Shown: positions 25,015 to 39,007, numbered from the whole stretch's first letter. The stretch: 62,806 nucleotides of DNA, filler included, from Basidiobolus ranarum (GCA_040143965.1; 21 parts of 21 records of this genome joined end to end with filler, not necessarily neighbours in it), one strand, 5' to 3'. Made by a program: numbers and translations. Notes: a model not told the origin generated them from the sequence alone.

Positions 25015-25783
25015 GTACTATCTTGGAATCCAAGTAATGATTGCTGGAACTACTAAAAAATGACTTTAAACTAATCTCAGCATATCCTGGATATACTAAA
25101 GAAGTTTGAAATAGAAGAATGCAATCTGATTTCTACATGTTTGGAGACAAATCTTGACTGAACCAAAAAAGGCATAAATCAGACCATCTTGAATTCAAAT
25201 AAAAGTCAGAAACTTCCTCCCAAATCCATGGTGGGCAGTTTGATGTATATCATGGTGAGGCATGGCCAGATATTGCATATTCTGTTGGAGCTGTGTGCCA
25301 ATGTCTTCACAACTATGTATCTTCTTAAAACTTAGCAGTCAAGCTAATATTCTGATTTTCAAAGTTACTATGGAACTGTGCTTAAAATGAACATATTGTG
25401 GATCCAACTTGATCTAATGAGGTATTCAGAAGCAAATTGCGAAGAGATACTGCCTAAACATCTATATAGTCATATATAGCTTAGTATTTAGTTCTTGTGT
25501 ACTTCACTAAGATATTACTCATCATTCTCAACTGAAGTTTACTTCTGATATTCTTACCAATGTCAAAGATCTCCAATATATAGATTTTTCAAACTTGTTC
25601 TTGAAGCCCCAAACTTAGCACATGTGTTCCTGGGACCTTCTGTAACACTTTTGTATATTAGTTGGCTTACATCATGACAGAACTATAAATGTCAACTTTC
25701 TACTCAATAAAACAATAAGTGAACACCACCAGTTTCTCTAATTCTTCACACCACTCATAACAGGCTCATGAAATACCTTTACA
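25015..25783 (+). mobile_element. Copia RT fragment fused to a 5'-truncated LTR-A (25450-25783)
   Basis: LGIQV and SMVGSLMY..V..WPDIAYSVG motifs, followed by LTR-A sequence. Confidence 0.8.
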
Positions 25784-26049
25784 TAGAGAGTATGTATTTA
25801 TAAGCAGAGTTTATGTTGGTCACTTTTACTTGGCCTGTACTTATTATATTTTGTCAAACAAATGTCAGACTTGCAAGCTAATTAGAGTACCCAAGTGTTT
25901 TCTATGTTGAAAGAAATGGTTCAATAAGTAGCAAAGTGCATCACCTAGCTTGTGTTCTTAATCACAGTTCCAAAGATTGAAAATTTATAGTCATCCATAA
26001 AAAGCATCACAAAGCATGTTGTTACAAAAAGAATTGTCTAAGATGCAAA

Positions 26050-26926
26050 AGTCTTTTGAGAGTTTGTTAGAAGTGGCTAGAAGAACTAGAAGAAACCAAA
26101 TATGTTCTGCTGCCAACAGGATTTTTTTAAGACAACAATTCTTATCTTAAAGACAAACCAGATGATGACATTAAATCACCAATTCATAGCATCACTATTT
26201 TAGTGGATGAATTGGAATGCATTGGAGTACCTAAAACTGATCAAAATATTTTATTTACAGTCCTGAATAGCCTGCCACAAAAGATTCAGAGCTTAGTAAT
26301 GGCTCTAGAATCAAGAACTGAAAATATGCCTTAAATTATTTATTTGGCTGACTTCTGGATGAAAATTTAGGCAAATTAGGATCCAACTAAATGAATGAAG
26401 ACAATGCTCTAATAGGCTATGGGAAAACTACCCATAAAGACAAAAGCACTTTAAGAAGAAAATCAATATATTCTGTGATTACTGTAAAAGAACTGGCCAT
26501 TTTAGCAAAGATTGCTTCAAAAGAATTGCAAAAGAAGAAAAGTGTATTGAATCTGGAAATGTGTTTAAACCAGAAGATCACTTGTTCATATCTGCTCTAT
26601 CTATGACTACCAACAAGGATTTGCAGATATGGTATATTGATTCTGGAGCCACCCAACATCTCACAAATAAAAAATATTGGTTTGTGGACTATGAAGAAAT
26701 CCCAATCTAAAGGTTTTCATGCAAGATGCACACACATTGGATGCCATTAAAATGGGAACAATTCAAGTCAATATAACTGGTGCTTCTGAAGAGAAAGAGT
26801 ATACATTTAAGGATATACTACATGTTTCAGATATTGCCAAGAATTTAATATCTGTATGCAAGGCCACCTCAGAAGGGCTAAAATTCAATTTTGATAAGTC
26901 AGGATGAACCATCACTGATCAAAATG
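26050..26926 (+). mobile_element. Copia gag-protease, degenerate
   Basis: VLNSLPQK.QSLVMALE, zinc knuckle CDYCK.TGHFSKDC and protease WYIDSGATQHL. Confidence 0.88.
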
Positions 26927-27026
26927 NNNNNNNNNNNNNNNNNNNNNNNNNNNNNNNNNNNNNNNNNNNNTTAATTAATTAANNNNNNNNNNNNNNNNNN
27001 NNNNNNNNNNNNNNNNNNNNNNNNNN

Positions 27027-29100
27027 TAATACTTTTTTCAAGGCCATCTTAACTTGGACTATTATTGAGTTTTGACAAGTCCAGATGCTGCATCACTGGA
27101 TAAAATTAGAAATATTTGGCTTTGGGAAAAAGGAATGAGAAATTATTCACACTGTCATACAGTCCAAGGGATTTAGATGTATATAAGGTTTATACCAATG
27201 AAGAAACTATTTAATTAGGAAATGTGAGGTTTGATAATATTGAATTTTTTTATTCAAGTAAAAAAATTTAATATTGCTAAATTTCTGGCATTAAAATTAA
27301 TATGCCAAGCAAAACGGCAGTTTGTGAGGGTTGTATATGACAAACAAGTCAGGCAATTTTTCAAAAACTTGGTAATTAATAAATTTGTTAAAATATTATA
27401 TATAGTTCATTTAGATTTGTGTGGACCTATATAAAATAAATTTCCATGCAGAAAAAGATTCATGGTAATACTTATTGCTAATTATACTAGATACACTTTG
27501 GTATATGTTATGGAAATAAAGAAGCCCTCTCTATCTTTAGACATCTTGAAAATCTGTTTGAGACTGAAACTGGAATAAAAATCAAGATATCAAGTCCCCA
27601 TAATGAAGCAGAATGTACTTCTACACTATTTAATCACATTTGCATATGGTATGGAATCATTCAACAAACTACTGCCCCTTTTCAATAAACTGAAATAGGA
27701 TCTTGAATCAGCTAACAGGACTATATTAGGAATGGAAAGATAAATGAAAAGTGCTCAAAATGTATTGTGTATTTTTGGGTGGAATCTGTCACTGCAACTA
27801 TATAATGAAGAATGGGAGATTTACTAGAGGTTTATCTAACTCCACAACTTATAAATGTGGAAATTAGGTAAGTAGCAACTCAATATTTAGAAATTAGTTG
27901 ATACATATTGTGATTATTTAGCACTCAATTCTGCCTTTCAAAAACATGTGTTTACTGCCCTAATTGATGGAATATCAATTAGATCACTCTTACTAATTTG
28001 CAATATTTTCTCAAATCCCCTCCAAATCATCTCATATCACCCATGCTTAACAGGCATATTTATATGATCTAAGCATGTGCAATAGTCCTATTTTGTAGTA
28101 AACTATAACTCAGATATATTCAAGTCAATAAAGCTGAAGTGCATATTCACAAAGCAAATCTGGTCCAAAACACTTCCAAGTTCCCTGAATACTCTTAACA
28201 ATAAATCTTAATTTGAAGTTGCATATAATGTGAAATACTTGGGAATCTTTGAATGCATTGCCTATGTCCAATTTGTGAGCAAAAAATTGGCTAAATTAGA
28301 TTTAAAACAAATAAACACATTTGGATTATTGTACTCTTACTTAGGTATACTGGCTCTACAATATTAAAAAACTGGGAGTTAATCAAATATAGGGATGTTC
28401 TGTTTGATTGAGATGAAATGTTTATCTAAAATTACCTCAAAATATGACAATATTAAGTTTTCTGGCACTGTCAGCATTCACATTGAATCCAACTCAAAGT
28501 TTGAAGAAAATGGAAATTTTGTGGACACTTGAACCAAATCATGATAATGCCAGAAGTTTCAGTACTTTTATCACAAACTAAGAGATCCAATCAGATCAGA
28601 AATAGCCCCAAGAACCATAACTCTATGTCCCAAATGTGGACCTAAGCCTGAACAGCTCATGTACAAGAGCCCCACACTGTAAAAGAGGCCTTGCATGACT
28701 GTGGCACAATACTTTGGAATTCTGTAATTACTGATGAGTACCAGGCTTTGCCTTTTATTCACTGTTTGATTTTTATTAATTTACCAGATAAAAGATAATC
28801 AATATGCTATGATTGCATTATTAAAGTGAAAGACCATCCTGATGGTAAAATTGAGATGTCTACATTGTCCAGCTATATGGATTTGTGGACCCAGAAAAGC
28901 CCAAAAGAGCTTGCAAACTGCTGATAAAACTCTTTGGCACAAAACAATTGGTTAATCAAGGAATAAAAACATATAGGCTATCTTGGAGTTGCTCAAATTC
29001 CAAAGAGTGATGCTAACTACAGTATCTACCACAGGCCAGATATTACACACCAGGTTTTATTAGCCTTTTATGTATATGACACTGTAAAGGCCACCAATGA
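27027..29100 (+). mobile_element. Copia integrase-RT, heavily decayed, interrupted by a solo LTR-B
   Basis: VHLDLCGPI; colinear with 58150-59821. Confidence 0.8.
27856..28200 (+). mobile_element. Solo LTR family B with 5-bp TSD ATAAA
   Basis: ATAAA|TGTGGAAA...CTTAACA|ATAAA. Confidence 0.9.
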
Positions 29101-29108
29101 CCTGCTGA

Positions 29109-29489
29109 TGTTGAATATTTGGGAGCCTGGTGTAGTTTTGTCAAGAAATAAACATTCTATCATGTATAATAAGTTGAGGATGCAGGCTATGTGTGACTCT
29201 GTAAGCTTTTAGGTAATGCTAATTACAACACTCTCTCTTAACTCAAGAGTCATTAAACTAATTGTTTGAAAGGTCTAAATTTCTCAAACTTCTCTCTAGT
29301 TAAGCATTTTGTGAACATATCAGCAATCATATTTTCAGTTGAGCTAGAAGGTAAGTCCATAAACTTATTCTCTTTAGTTTCTCTGATTTAATCTTGTCCA
29401 ATAAATATATGTTTGCTCATGGAATGAAATGTGAAGTTTTTGGCTAATATGATTCAACTTTGTTGGTCTTCCAAAATTGTAGTTGGTTT
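29109..29489 (-). mobile_element. Copia family A RNase H, PPT and internally deleted LTR-A
   Basis: tgttgaatatttgggagcc...ctaattacaaca-ctctctctt, followed by reverse-strand FHSMSKHI/ADMFTK. Confidence 0.7.
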
Positions 29490-29922
29490 TGTTGAAATTA
29501 AGAAAATAGCAACTCATTATTTAGTAGTTAGTTTATTCATATTCTGCTTATTTAGTACTCAATCTGTCATTCAAAAATGAGTGTTTACGCCTCTAATTGA
29601 TAGAAATGTTGATTAGATCACTTTTAGAAATGTTCACTATTGTCAGAAGTCTTCTCCAAATCATCTCAAATTTTCACCCATGCTTAACAGGCATGTTTGA
29701 TATATTCTAAGCATGTCCAATAGTCCTATTCCATAGTAAACTATGTATAGGACATATGCAATTCAATAAAACTTAAGTGTCTAATTCACAAATCCAAATC
29801 TTGTCCAATAAACTTCCAAATCCCCTAAACACTTTTATCAGGTTATGAGCCCCAAGCTAGCTGTTAAAGGAATCTCTACCAGTACTATTGCCAATGTTTT
29901 TGCATCCACAGAGAAGTTTGAT
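29490..29922 (+). mobile_element. 5' LTR-B (29490-29840), PBS GGTTATGAGCCC (29841-29852) and gag start
   Basis: Mirror image of 4560-4979. Confidence 0.9.
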
Positions 29923-32284
29923 NNNNNNNNNNNNNNNNNNNNNNNNNNNNNNNNNNNNNNNNNNNNTTAATTAATTAANNNNNNNNNNNNNNNNNNNNNN
30001 NNNNNNNNNNNNNNNNNNNNNNTTGTGGTACAAGCAGTAATTCCCAAAGAGGAAAATATGGAGTATGGTGACATAATAGCTATATATTTTCCTTGTTGTA
30101 AATGTTACCTATTTCCAGTAAGCTGCAGAAGACAAATCTGGATGAATTCGCCTGCCAACAGTACAATTCAAGATCCTTTGAAACCAATTAAATTCTCCTT
30201 CTCCATACTACTGTAAAATAGATAAAACAAGCTGAGCCCTACTAAATTGGGTCAGAGTTCAGTATGTGCCACCTGTAGATGAGGATATTAAATCTGGGCT
30301 CCAATCAAAGTTACTAGAGATATCTACTAACTGCTAGGGCTCCCTATTTGTACACATGATTCGCTGAATATTATCATACTAGATGATCATTCGCCTCATA
30401 ATCTACTCTAACTACACAGATTAGACGTTCAAGGCCAACTGAATCCATACCACTAATTCATAGCACACATTACACAAGCCCAATAATGAAAATCAATACA
30501 ACTTGGTGAGAATACTAATGGTTTCTGAGGATTATTCGACAGACAATGCTGCTAGAACCTCTTCTCCAAGGCCAACCAACTCGTCCAAGTCTAGACTGAT
30601 GGAGTGGGGTATGGTAAAATATTGCTGAAGATACGCTGAGCTTATTACTAAATAGAGGTGGTTACTATCTGCTTCGCTTTGTAGATGCTTTGGGGATGTA
30701 CCACAATGCTCAGCATGATATACCGTCTTGATGGTATCATGCAGTGATATGAAGCATTGAACTCATGGCTCAACACTGAAGGCGAGTTGATTTGCTCTGC
30801 TATAGCTCATAGTAGTCTATCTTGGTTGAATGGGCTATACCTTTGGGTTAACATGTAGAGCATTGCATGTACATGCATGGATTTCTACAAAACATCACCT
30901 GAAGTGCTAGCTGTTGTAAGTATCAAGCCCAAGTGCTTCAAGCCACCGCTAGGAATATAGCTTGGATTTTGGGAACCATTGTTGTACTCAGATCATTATT
31001 TGCTGATGAGCGATCAGTATCGCAATATATCATACAGCTCTTATTAATATCTCTTGAAGTTACAGTGACTTTGTTGCTCACTCAAACCTGGTAAGAACAG
31101 GGGTAACCCTCTTCAATTCCAACCAAACCAGTCTATCTTCTACCAACTAGTAGCTTGACGAAATAAAGTTACTGATTCTTAAAAGCTCATCAAGTGCTCT
31201 GATTAAATGATATGGCCCGAACTAGAATTAACGCCACTAAGCCTTCACTGTTGAGGGCTATCCTCTGTTACTAGATACCCGGTAACACTAATATAAAGTA
31301 GCAACGTGATTCTTTCGTTTTTCCAAGATCATACTTGTTATAGCCAATAACCGTGGTGGATTTACCCAATTTCATTGTTAGCCATCTATAGTATTGTTAT
31401 AGAAAATTCTCAGCCATTGCACTACTTGGCAAGTTATTATCATCTTACGATAATCCAATCTCAATCTTATAGCCAATGGGTTCCTGACGCCACATGTACT
31501 TTACTGTCGGAAAAAAATGAAGTGGAGTGGCGGAATCACTCGGGGTATGCCACAAAATCTTATATTATGACAAGCTATTTATGGATCCATGCTTGGAATA
31601 GATTGAATCAAATTACCCACTTGATTGCATTATATACAACAGATCCTAGATGAAAAAATCTTGTGAAGCCCCATCATATTATATACCTAGTTTCTGATAT
31701 CCCCAAATGCAGAACGGTAGAGGCAGCTTCAAACATTTGCGATGGAATATCTTGACTTCACCAAGAGATGAGATGGATCATCAGCAGGAAGCTTAGGCAC
31801 AGCCATCTAGGAGATGCGGTCGGTAATATTATCCACTCCCCTATGGAGATGCCTATCAGTCAAAAGCCATAACGGACTTGCGTCACGATAGAAAATGAAT
31901 ACATAAGGTAGGAAATTGCTCAGAGACAAGAGATCTGATTGACACTTGTTGATAGTCTCAGATTAACGCAATTAAAGATGCTACTTTTCTGGATGTCAAT
32001 TGGCTGGCGTGGAAGGCTGAGAAATATTCGTCAAAGCAAATATATCAATAACTACATGCTGTGTTCTACATAAATAAGATTCGAGCAAAACCCATCAATC
32101 TGAGGTTTCAGTTTGTATGCATCACAACACTCAAATATAGGATTTTGTGAAACAGTACTTGCTGACAGCGTGGTCCGTAATTTTTCTTTTTCCCAATAAA
32201 AGAGCCTTGCTGCCCCTTGGTGTGCAAACAGCCATCTGGCTTTGATTTTTTCATTCATTCATTCATCAACTAGTCCTGAATTCA

Positions 32285-32918
32285 ATGTTCAAATATATGT
32301 TAAATACTGTGAAACCAGGGCTTCGTATTGCCCCTATGAAAACCCCGACTCTTAGGGGAGCAAAGTTGCAACCTCTACTACATAGTGTTGTAAAACCAAA
32401 ACCTCTTCATCTATTCCAATCTCGATTATTTACTACTGAAGTTGGCACAGTGAAAGAATCTCAGGCCATACAAGAGAGCTCCGATACTCGCCATGCGGTT
32501 GTATCGACTTTCGATATGTTTTCTATTGGTGTTGGGCCATCCTCAAGTCATACTGTTGGACCTATGCGTGCAGGAAAGATTTTCGTTACTGATTTGGAGA
32601 GACTACAAGTGTTAGACAAAGTGAGTTCTTTTGCTAGAGTAAACTCTGATATCAAGTCTAATATATTCTCTACTATGATAAGGTAAAATCGCTTCGTGTT
32701 GATCTCTATGGCTCTTTAGCATTGACTGGTGTGGGCCACGGTACTCCTGATGCTACATTAATGGGTTAGTTACAAGTGCAAATATAGAATTCTCAAGAGT
32801 ATGAGTGCTAAAACATTTTCGTACAGGTATTGAGGGTGAGTCACCAGAATCAGTTGAAGCTAGTACCATTCGTACCCGCGGTAACTCCATGCATGAGAAC
32901 AAAACCATCGCCTTGAAT
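32285..32918 (+). CDS. sdaA: Fe-S-dependent L-serine dehydratase (SdaA/SdaB type) with a predicted mitochondrial presequence; 3' truncated
   Basis: Exons 32285-32620, 32683-32764 and 32827->32918 with GT-AG introns give [25 protein letters not shown]...[30 protein letters not shown]. The first ~50 aa are basic and free of acidic residues. Confidence 0.93.
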
Positions 32919-33018
32919 NNNNNNNNNNNNNNNNNNNNNNNNNNNNNNNNNNNNNNNNNNNNTTAATTAATTAANNNNNNNNNNNNNNNNNNNNNNNNNN
33001 NNNNNNNNNNNNNNNNNN

Positions 33019-34262
33019 AATGTCAGAGCTGCCATCACTTGCTCTGAAGATGAGTGGTTTAACATTTTGAAAACTCTTTGGAATCTTGACCAATATCACC
33101 CAGATTTGAGCCAAACATGGAAAAATCAAGTATCAGGTGTTACTCAGAAGGTTCTTGACTTATGTCATGTGCCTAATCCTGGGTTTTTGCAATCCAATGG
33201 TAATTGATCAAGTATAGATCTATTCATGAAACATCTCAAAAATGTACATAATGATTGACTTGGAACAGAGAGAAAAGCAGCTAAAGATGTACTCAAGAAG
33301 CAGGAAGTTAGTAAACCCAGGGGAAAGCAAAGGAGCCAGTGAGTTTAGGCTCTACTGTCCCACTTACTGAATTCTTTATACCATTAAAAGATCTGCATTT
33401 ACAGAGTTAGAAATACTGGCAAAAAAGCTTAATTTCACCATGGAACCAGGTACACCAGTTGCAAGAGTGCTAAATTTGAAAGTTATCCAATACCCGGCTC
33501 CCCTCAACAAGCCAAAATGCCAGCAAATACAACTTATGGCTTTCTAACATCAACTGGTACTTTTCAAAGTGTTGAAATTAGCACCAAGCTCAAAGGCAAG
33601 TAAAAAGTGACACAAACACTGCAGAGCACCCTCAGTGATGTCAGACTATAAGGACATATCAGAATAGTCAAAGTACTTGTAGAGTATTTTCAAAAGTAAG
33701 AAGGTAAAAACTGAGTGCAAGTATGCAGAAAGTGGCTTCAGAAGAAGAACATTCAACTTGATAATCAGTCTGGTGTTGACTTTGCAAATATCTGGCAAGA
33801 ACTTAATAGAGAGTAGCACAATATTGCAGGGTATCTGCCAGATAGCTAGAAGAATGTTGATTCAGCAACTTTAATACAATGTTGGGCTTTGATGGAGAGA
33901 TTGATACAAACTTGTGTAGGGTGTGAGCTAAACCTTGGGTATGAAGAACTCTAGAAAAATATTCAGGAGAATATATCAAAAAACTAGAAATTTTGAAGGT
34001 GACAAGTTAATGTACAAGTTGTAAATGTGTGAAATTTGAGTTATGTTTTACATGCCTGTGTTGTTCCATAGTTCTCTGAGATTGTAGCCAATCATGTGCA
34101 AACATTTTGCAAGATCTTGAAATTTTACTGCTGAAACTGAAAAAAATGATCAAAAGCAAATCTAACCTGACAATTTTAAGATGGTAAATAAATAGTGAAT
34201 CCCAAATGGATAAAAACTGTGATGATTTTCCTACAATAAGAATCCTCAAATTTTTGTTAGGG
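33019..34262 (+). mobile_element. CACTA-like ORF2 (3' part) and ORF2-side terminus
   Basis: Conserved ORF2 block; ends aatcctcaaatttttgttaggg. Confidence 0.88.
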
Positions 34263-34526
34263 GTCCTTGAAAAATTTGGATAAAAAGTCTTGAGCTTTAT
34301 TAAGTCTAAGGAGAAGTTAAGTGCAAAATTGTAGAACTCTTTGAGCAGGATTTATTGGCAAAACATATTTAACTAATATGTGTCTTGGGAATTGTAGTGG
34401 ATACCTACATGATGATAGAGAGTAGGCTTGCTAGGCAGCTAGGCTTTCTATTTTGCAGATTCTAGTGTACACTAGGGTTGATAGAACTGAAAGAGGAACA
34501 TTGAATTTGTCAAGATTCACACTAAA

Positions 34527-35913
34527 CCCTAACAGAAATTTCAGGATTGTTATTGTAGAAAAGCCTTCACCATTTTAATACTTTTTGGACTTACCATTTA
34601 CTTCCTATCATAAAATTGTCAAGTTAAATTAATTTTAATCAATTTGTTCAATTTCAGAAGTAAATTTCAAGATCTTGCAAAATAGTTGCACATGATTGGC
34701 TACAATCTCAGAGAACTATGGATCAACACATGTGCAAAAGATGTAACTCAAATTTTCAATAGTTACCACTTCAATGCTAATTTGTCATGGTTGAAATTAA
34801 TAGGTTCTTTGATACATTCTCCTAAATGTTTTTATAGAGTTCTTCACACCCTAGGTTTAGCTCATATCAAACCCAAGTTTGTATCATTATCACCATCAAA
34901 GCCCATCATGGTATTAATGTTGCTGAGTCAACATTCTTCCAGCTATCTGGCAGATAAGCTGCAATATTGCACCACTCTGTCTTAAGTTCTTCCCAAATAT
35001 CTGCATGGTCAACACCAGACTGAATGTCAAGTTGATTGTTCTTCTTCTGAACCTACTTTCTGAATACTTCACTGCATTTTTCCCTTCATACTTTTGAAAA
35101 TACTCCTCAAGCACTTTGACTATTTTGATACATCCTCAAAGTGTGACACTACTGAGGGTCCTTTGCAGTGTTTGTGTGCCTTTTGCTTGCCTTCAAGTTT
35201 GGGGCTAATTTCAAGACTATGAAAAGTTACAGTTGAGGTTGCAGAGCCATGAGTTTTATTTGCTGGTGTTTTGGCTTGTGAAGAGGTGCCAGGTGTTGGA
35301 CAAACTTCCAAATTTAGCACTCTTCCACCTGGTGTACCTGGTTCCACGGCAACATTGAGAATTTTTGCCAGTATATCTGACCATAGAAATGCAAACCTTT
35401 GTAATGGTGTGAAGAATTTGGTAGTGGCACAGTATAGCCTAAACTCACTGGCTTCTTTGCTTTCCCTTGGGTTTACCAACTTCCCTCTCATGAGAGCTTC
35501 TTTAGCTGTTTTCTTTCTTTTCAAAGTCAATAATTGCATGCATTTTTGAGATGTTTCAACATTAGGCCTATACTAGCCCAATTGCCATTTGCTTGCAAAA
35601 ACCCAGGATAAGTCACATGAAATAAGTCGAGAATATTCAGAGAAACATCTGGTTTTTGGTTTTTCCATGAGTGGCTCAAGTCAAGATGATTTTGGGCAAG
35701 CTTCAGCACAGTTTCCAAAATGTTAAACCACTCTTTATTGGAGCAAGTGATGGCAGCTCTGAAATTCAAAGTGCTTTGGTTTGCCAGTTTTGCTATGAGA
35801 ATTCTATTCTCATGTGCCCAAGCAATTTTGGGTTGTTGTATAGGCTTAATGGTCCAACACATATTCTGCTCTGCTAGATTGCCATGGTGATGTTCATATA
35901 TATGGTGTGGCAT
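34527..35913 (-). mobile_element. Second CACTA-like ORF2 copy and terminus, in inverted orientation
   Basis: Begins CCCTAACAGAAATTTCAGGATTG; the ORF at 35527-35913 is the conserved ORF2 domain. Confidence 0.88.
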
Positions 35914-36013
35914 NNNNNNNNNNNNNNNNNNNNNNNNNNNNNNNNNNNNNNNNNNNNTTAATTAATTAANNNNNNNNNNNNNNNNNNNNNNNNNNNNNNN
36001 NNNNNNNNNNNNN

Positions 36014-36302
36014 CCTGGGACAAAAGATTCAGACACTCTAATTTCCTTCCATTTCCGGGAGTATTGCCCAATAGAGTTCATATCAGAAGTATTCTTGACA
36101 TATTTCCTATGAGAGTTAACAGGCCCAAAAGCAACCAAAAGCTAGTCTATTGAGGCAAGTACCAAGCGCACTGTGTAAAGTTCTAGGCTTTGACAGATTT
36201 GGAAGGAAACATCATTTGGTTTGGTTGGCCACATCCAGGGAGATGCCATGACAAAAGGCCTTGAGTTGAGAGCATATACCATTTGTAAGACATGTGAAGA
36301 CT
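36014..36302 (+). mobile_element. IS5/ISL2-like DDE_Tnp_4 transposase fragment
   Basis: ILDIFPMRVNRPKSNQKLVY*GKYQAHCVKF*ALTDLEGNIIWFGWPHPGRCHDKR. Confidence 0.8.
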
Positions 36303-38907
36303 CCTAAACAAAAATATATCAATATGATCTAGACAAGATCCACCCTTCCGGATCACAAAACCATCAGAGAATAGTAACAACATTGGTGTCTTGCGCTTCG
36401 CCATGGATTCTGATGGTGTGACAGCAGTTTCTTGACAATATTTTGATGGTACTTATAGATGTTAAAATATTGATCCTCATGTTTGGCATGCATGATTTAA
36501 TTTCCAACAGTTTTGGCAAAAATCCAATTTTGATATGGCAAATTACTGGGGTAACGGCCACAGCAGTTCACATCAATAAGCATGACCTTTTTTAGATATT
36601 TTTGGCTTTATATTCAAGCCAAAACAAATATCAAAAAGTTTAAGAATCTTGTTGTGTTAAGTCTCCACATGCACACATACTTGACTGACCAGACATAACT
36701 CAAACACATCAATATGCTTTACCAGCTACCTAATGGTGGAAAAATTGTTAAACATCTGAAACTTTGAATAGCACTGACACTTGGCAAATAGCTGACTGTT
36801 GTTACCATTTGCAATGAGAATAAGCTCTTGGATTTTGGCAAATTCCTGTAGAGAATTCAGCCAAAATATTCTGTACTTGCAGTCAACAAAGGTCTTGCAA
36901 CTAATAGATGTGTAATTGCTTGAATAGATTACCTCATGGCTAAAACAATAATAAGGCATATCTCAATCTATCTCACCAAGAAGTCTGTCTTGCAGCTTTG
37001 CTTGAAATACCATCAGAGTATCACATAAACAATTTAGACCAAATTATAGATGTACCTATTCTCTGTCCATGGATAGGGTTTTGGTGCTGTTATTGTGCTC
37101 ATACAATGCAAAACCCATGAGCACATTGAAAAGAGCCCTTTGTTGGAAGGTTAATATACTCTGGAGTCTCCTCAACCAATTGCATTACATCCTTAACTAA
37201 TTTTACCAATACATTGTAAATCACATTAACATATGGTAATACTGACAATTTAACATGAAGCAACATTTCACCACAGGTGCACTCCATTGGGCACTCCCAG
37301 AATGTATACAAGGGCCTATAATCTCTAAGCATTGTGAAAGATGCAGCAGGGAATGTATTGAATGACAGCATATATTCAGTCTATTTTCTTTACACCTGTA
37401 ATAAAGTTTTCATATCTAATTACAATATCTGTGCATAGTTGCTGTATCTGCCTGAGGGCTGCCAATGTGAGTTAATGCCTTAAGGACAAACTAACAATAT
37501 CCACAAATAACTCCTAATGTTGCCAAAACTTATCAAGCAGAAATCATTTTGAGATTCCACTGGAATATATACAAATCCAATACTTCCAGTCTGTGTATTT
37601 GAAAAAATATGCAGATGAGTGGATATTGTTGGGAATATTGGTAAAATACGCTGGTGTCATATGTTATCAAGCATAATTGCAATCAATTCAAACTTTGATC
37701 CTTTCTCAAATGGCTCTTTCATATTGAATTTTCCACTATATAGCTGAGCAAGTAGTATTGCAATGTGGTTGAATAGTAGGTTCAAAGTGCTTAATGGGAA
37801 GCTCTGGCTCCAGCTGATCCCCATTAGCAATAAAATGTTTGGCCTATGGCCAACACCAAGTTTGATGTTGGACCAACTATTTGATAAATTGGTATCAGTG
37901 TTCATGTTGAAATAACATTAGGCTGTTGGTGGTAAAATCATGGAGTTTAGTTTTATTTTTGGATAGTAGTAATGCATATGCCTGATAGAGTAAACTCCGT
38001 TGATTTGACAAAATCTACAGCAAGATAGTGCATTGTGCCCACAGAAATCTCCTAGTTCAATAATGGCAGGAGTGTCACCAATACATACAAAGATATTAAC
38101 TTTAACAAAATATTTTTTGAAGTAATTGGGAGCCTGTTGGCAGTGGTTTGGAGAATTAGAGAAATTGGTGGTTTTCATATATTAATTTATTGAGTAGAAA
38201 ATTGACATTTATAGTTTGTTCAAGATGTAAACAGATCAATATGTTGAATGTGTCAAGGATGGTCCTAGGAACATGTGTGCAAAGTTTAGGGCTTCTAGCA
38301 CAAGTTCAAGATATCCACATATCTGAGAACTTCCAAGTTGGTAAAAATATTCTAAGAAAATACCAATTGGGAATAATGAATAATATTTTAGTGAATTATA
38401 AGATAACTAAGTACTAAGCTATGTATGACTATTAAGGTGTTTAGGCAATGCTAATTTCAACAATATTCACCCATTTGAACCCTATTAAATTACCATTCAA
38501 ATTCTGCATACAAAGGATCCAATAAGCTATCTATAAGCACCGGTGATTTAGTCCAAATAAGATCGATAATATTAAAATCTTATTAATCATATACTGTTCA
38601 AAAGGAGGAAGATTCAAGTTAATTGAAATTATTGGCCAGCATGTCTATCCAACAGTATATTTGTTCAGTGAGAAACCATTCAGAGGCAATACAAATGTAT
38701 CATCATATGTGTTCCCAAACAAACATTAACTTTTCAGATTCTGGTAGTGATAGTCATCCAGTATATTAGTGATGCCATGAGCTTTATTGTGAGTACTATG
38801 GTATTGGTTCAATGATCTATATTTGGGTGATTTTATCAAAGCTTTAAGATGGGGAATCAACTGTATGTAATCAAAATATGAACAATATTTTCCTGATTCC
38901 GTGCTTG
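36303..38907 (-). mobile_element. CACTA-like element: Tnp-side terminus and most of the tnp2 transposase, interrupted by a solo LTR-A
   Basis: Terminus cctaaacaaaaatatatc...gatccaccc; motifs YTFWECPMECTCG, WSQSFPL and IGDTPAI.ELG.F.GHNALSCCRFC. Confidence 0.9.
38115..38462 (-). mobile_element. Solo LTR-A with 5-bp TSD ATATT
   Basis: ATATT flanks both sides; the empty site aaatattcacc is visible in the paralog at about 15740. Confidence 0.9.
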
Positions 38908-39007
38908 NNNNNNNNNNNNNNNNNNNNNNNNNNNNNNNNNNNNNNNNNNNNTTAATTAATTAANNNNNNNNNNNNNNNNNNNNNNNNNNNNNNNNNNNNN
39001 NNNNNNN

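Noticed and set aside
30023..32250. 2.2-kb region upstream of the serine dehydratase containing short ORFs
   Set aside because: No convincing protein motif in the frames inspected; treated as intergenic.
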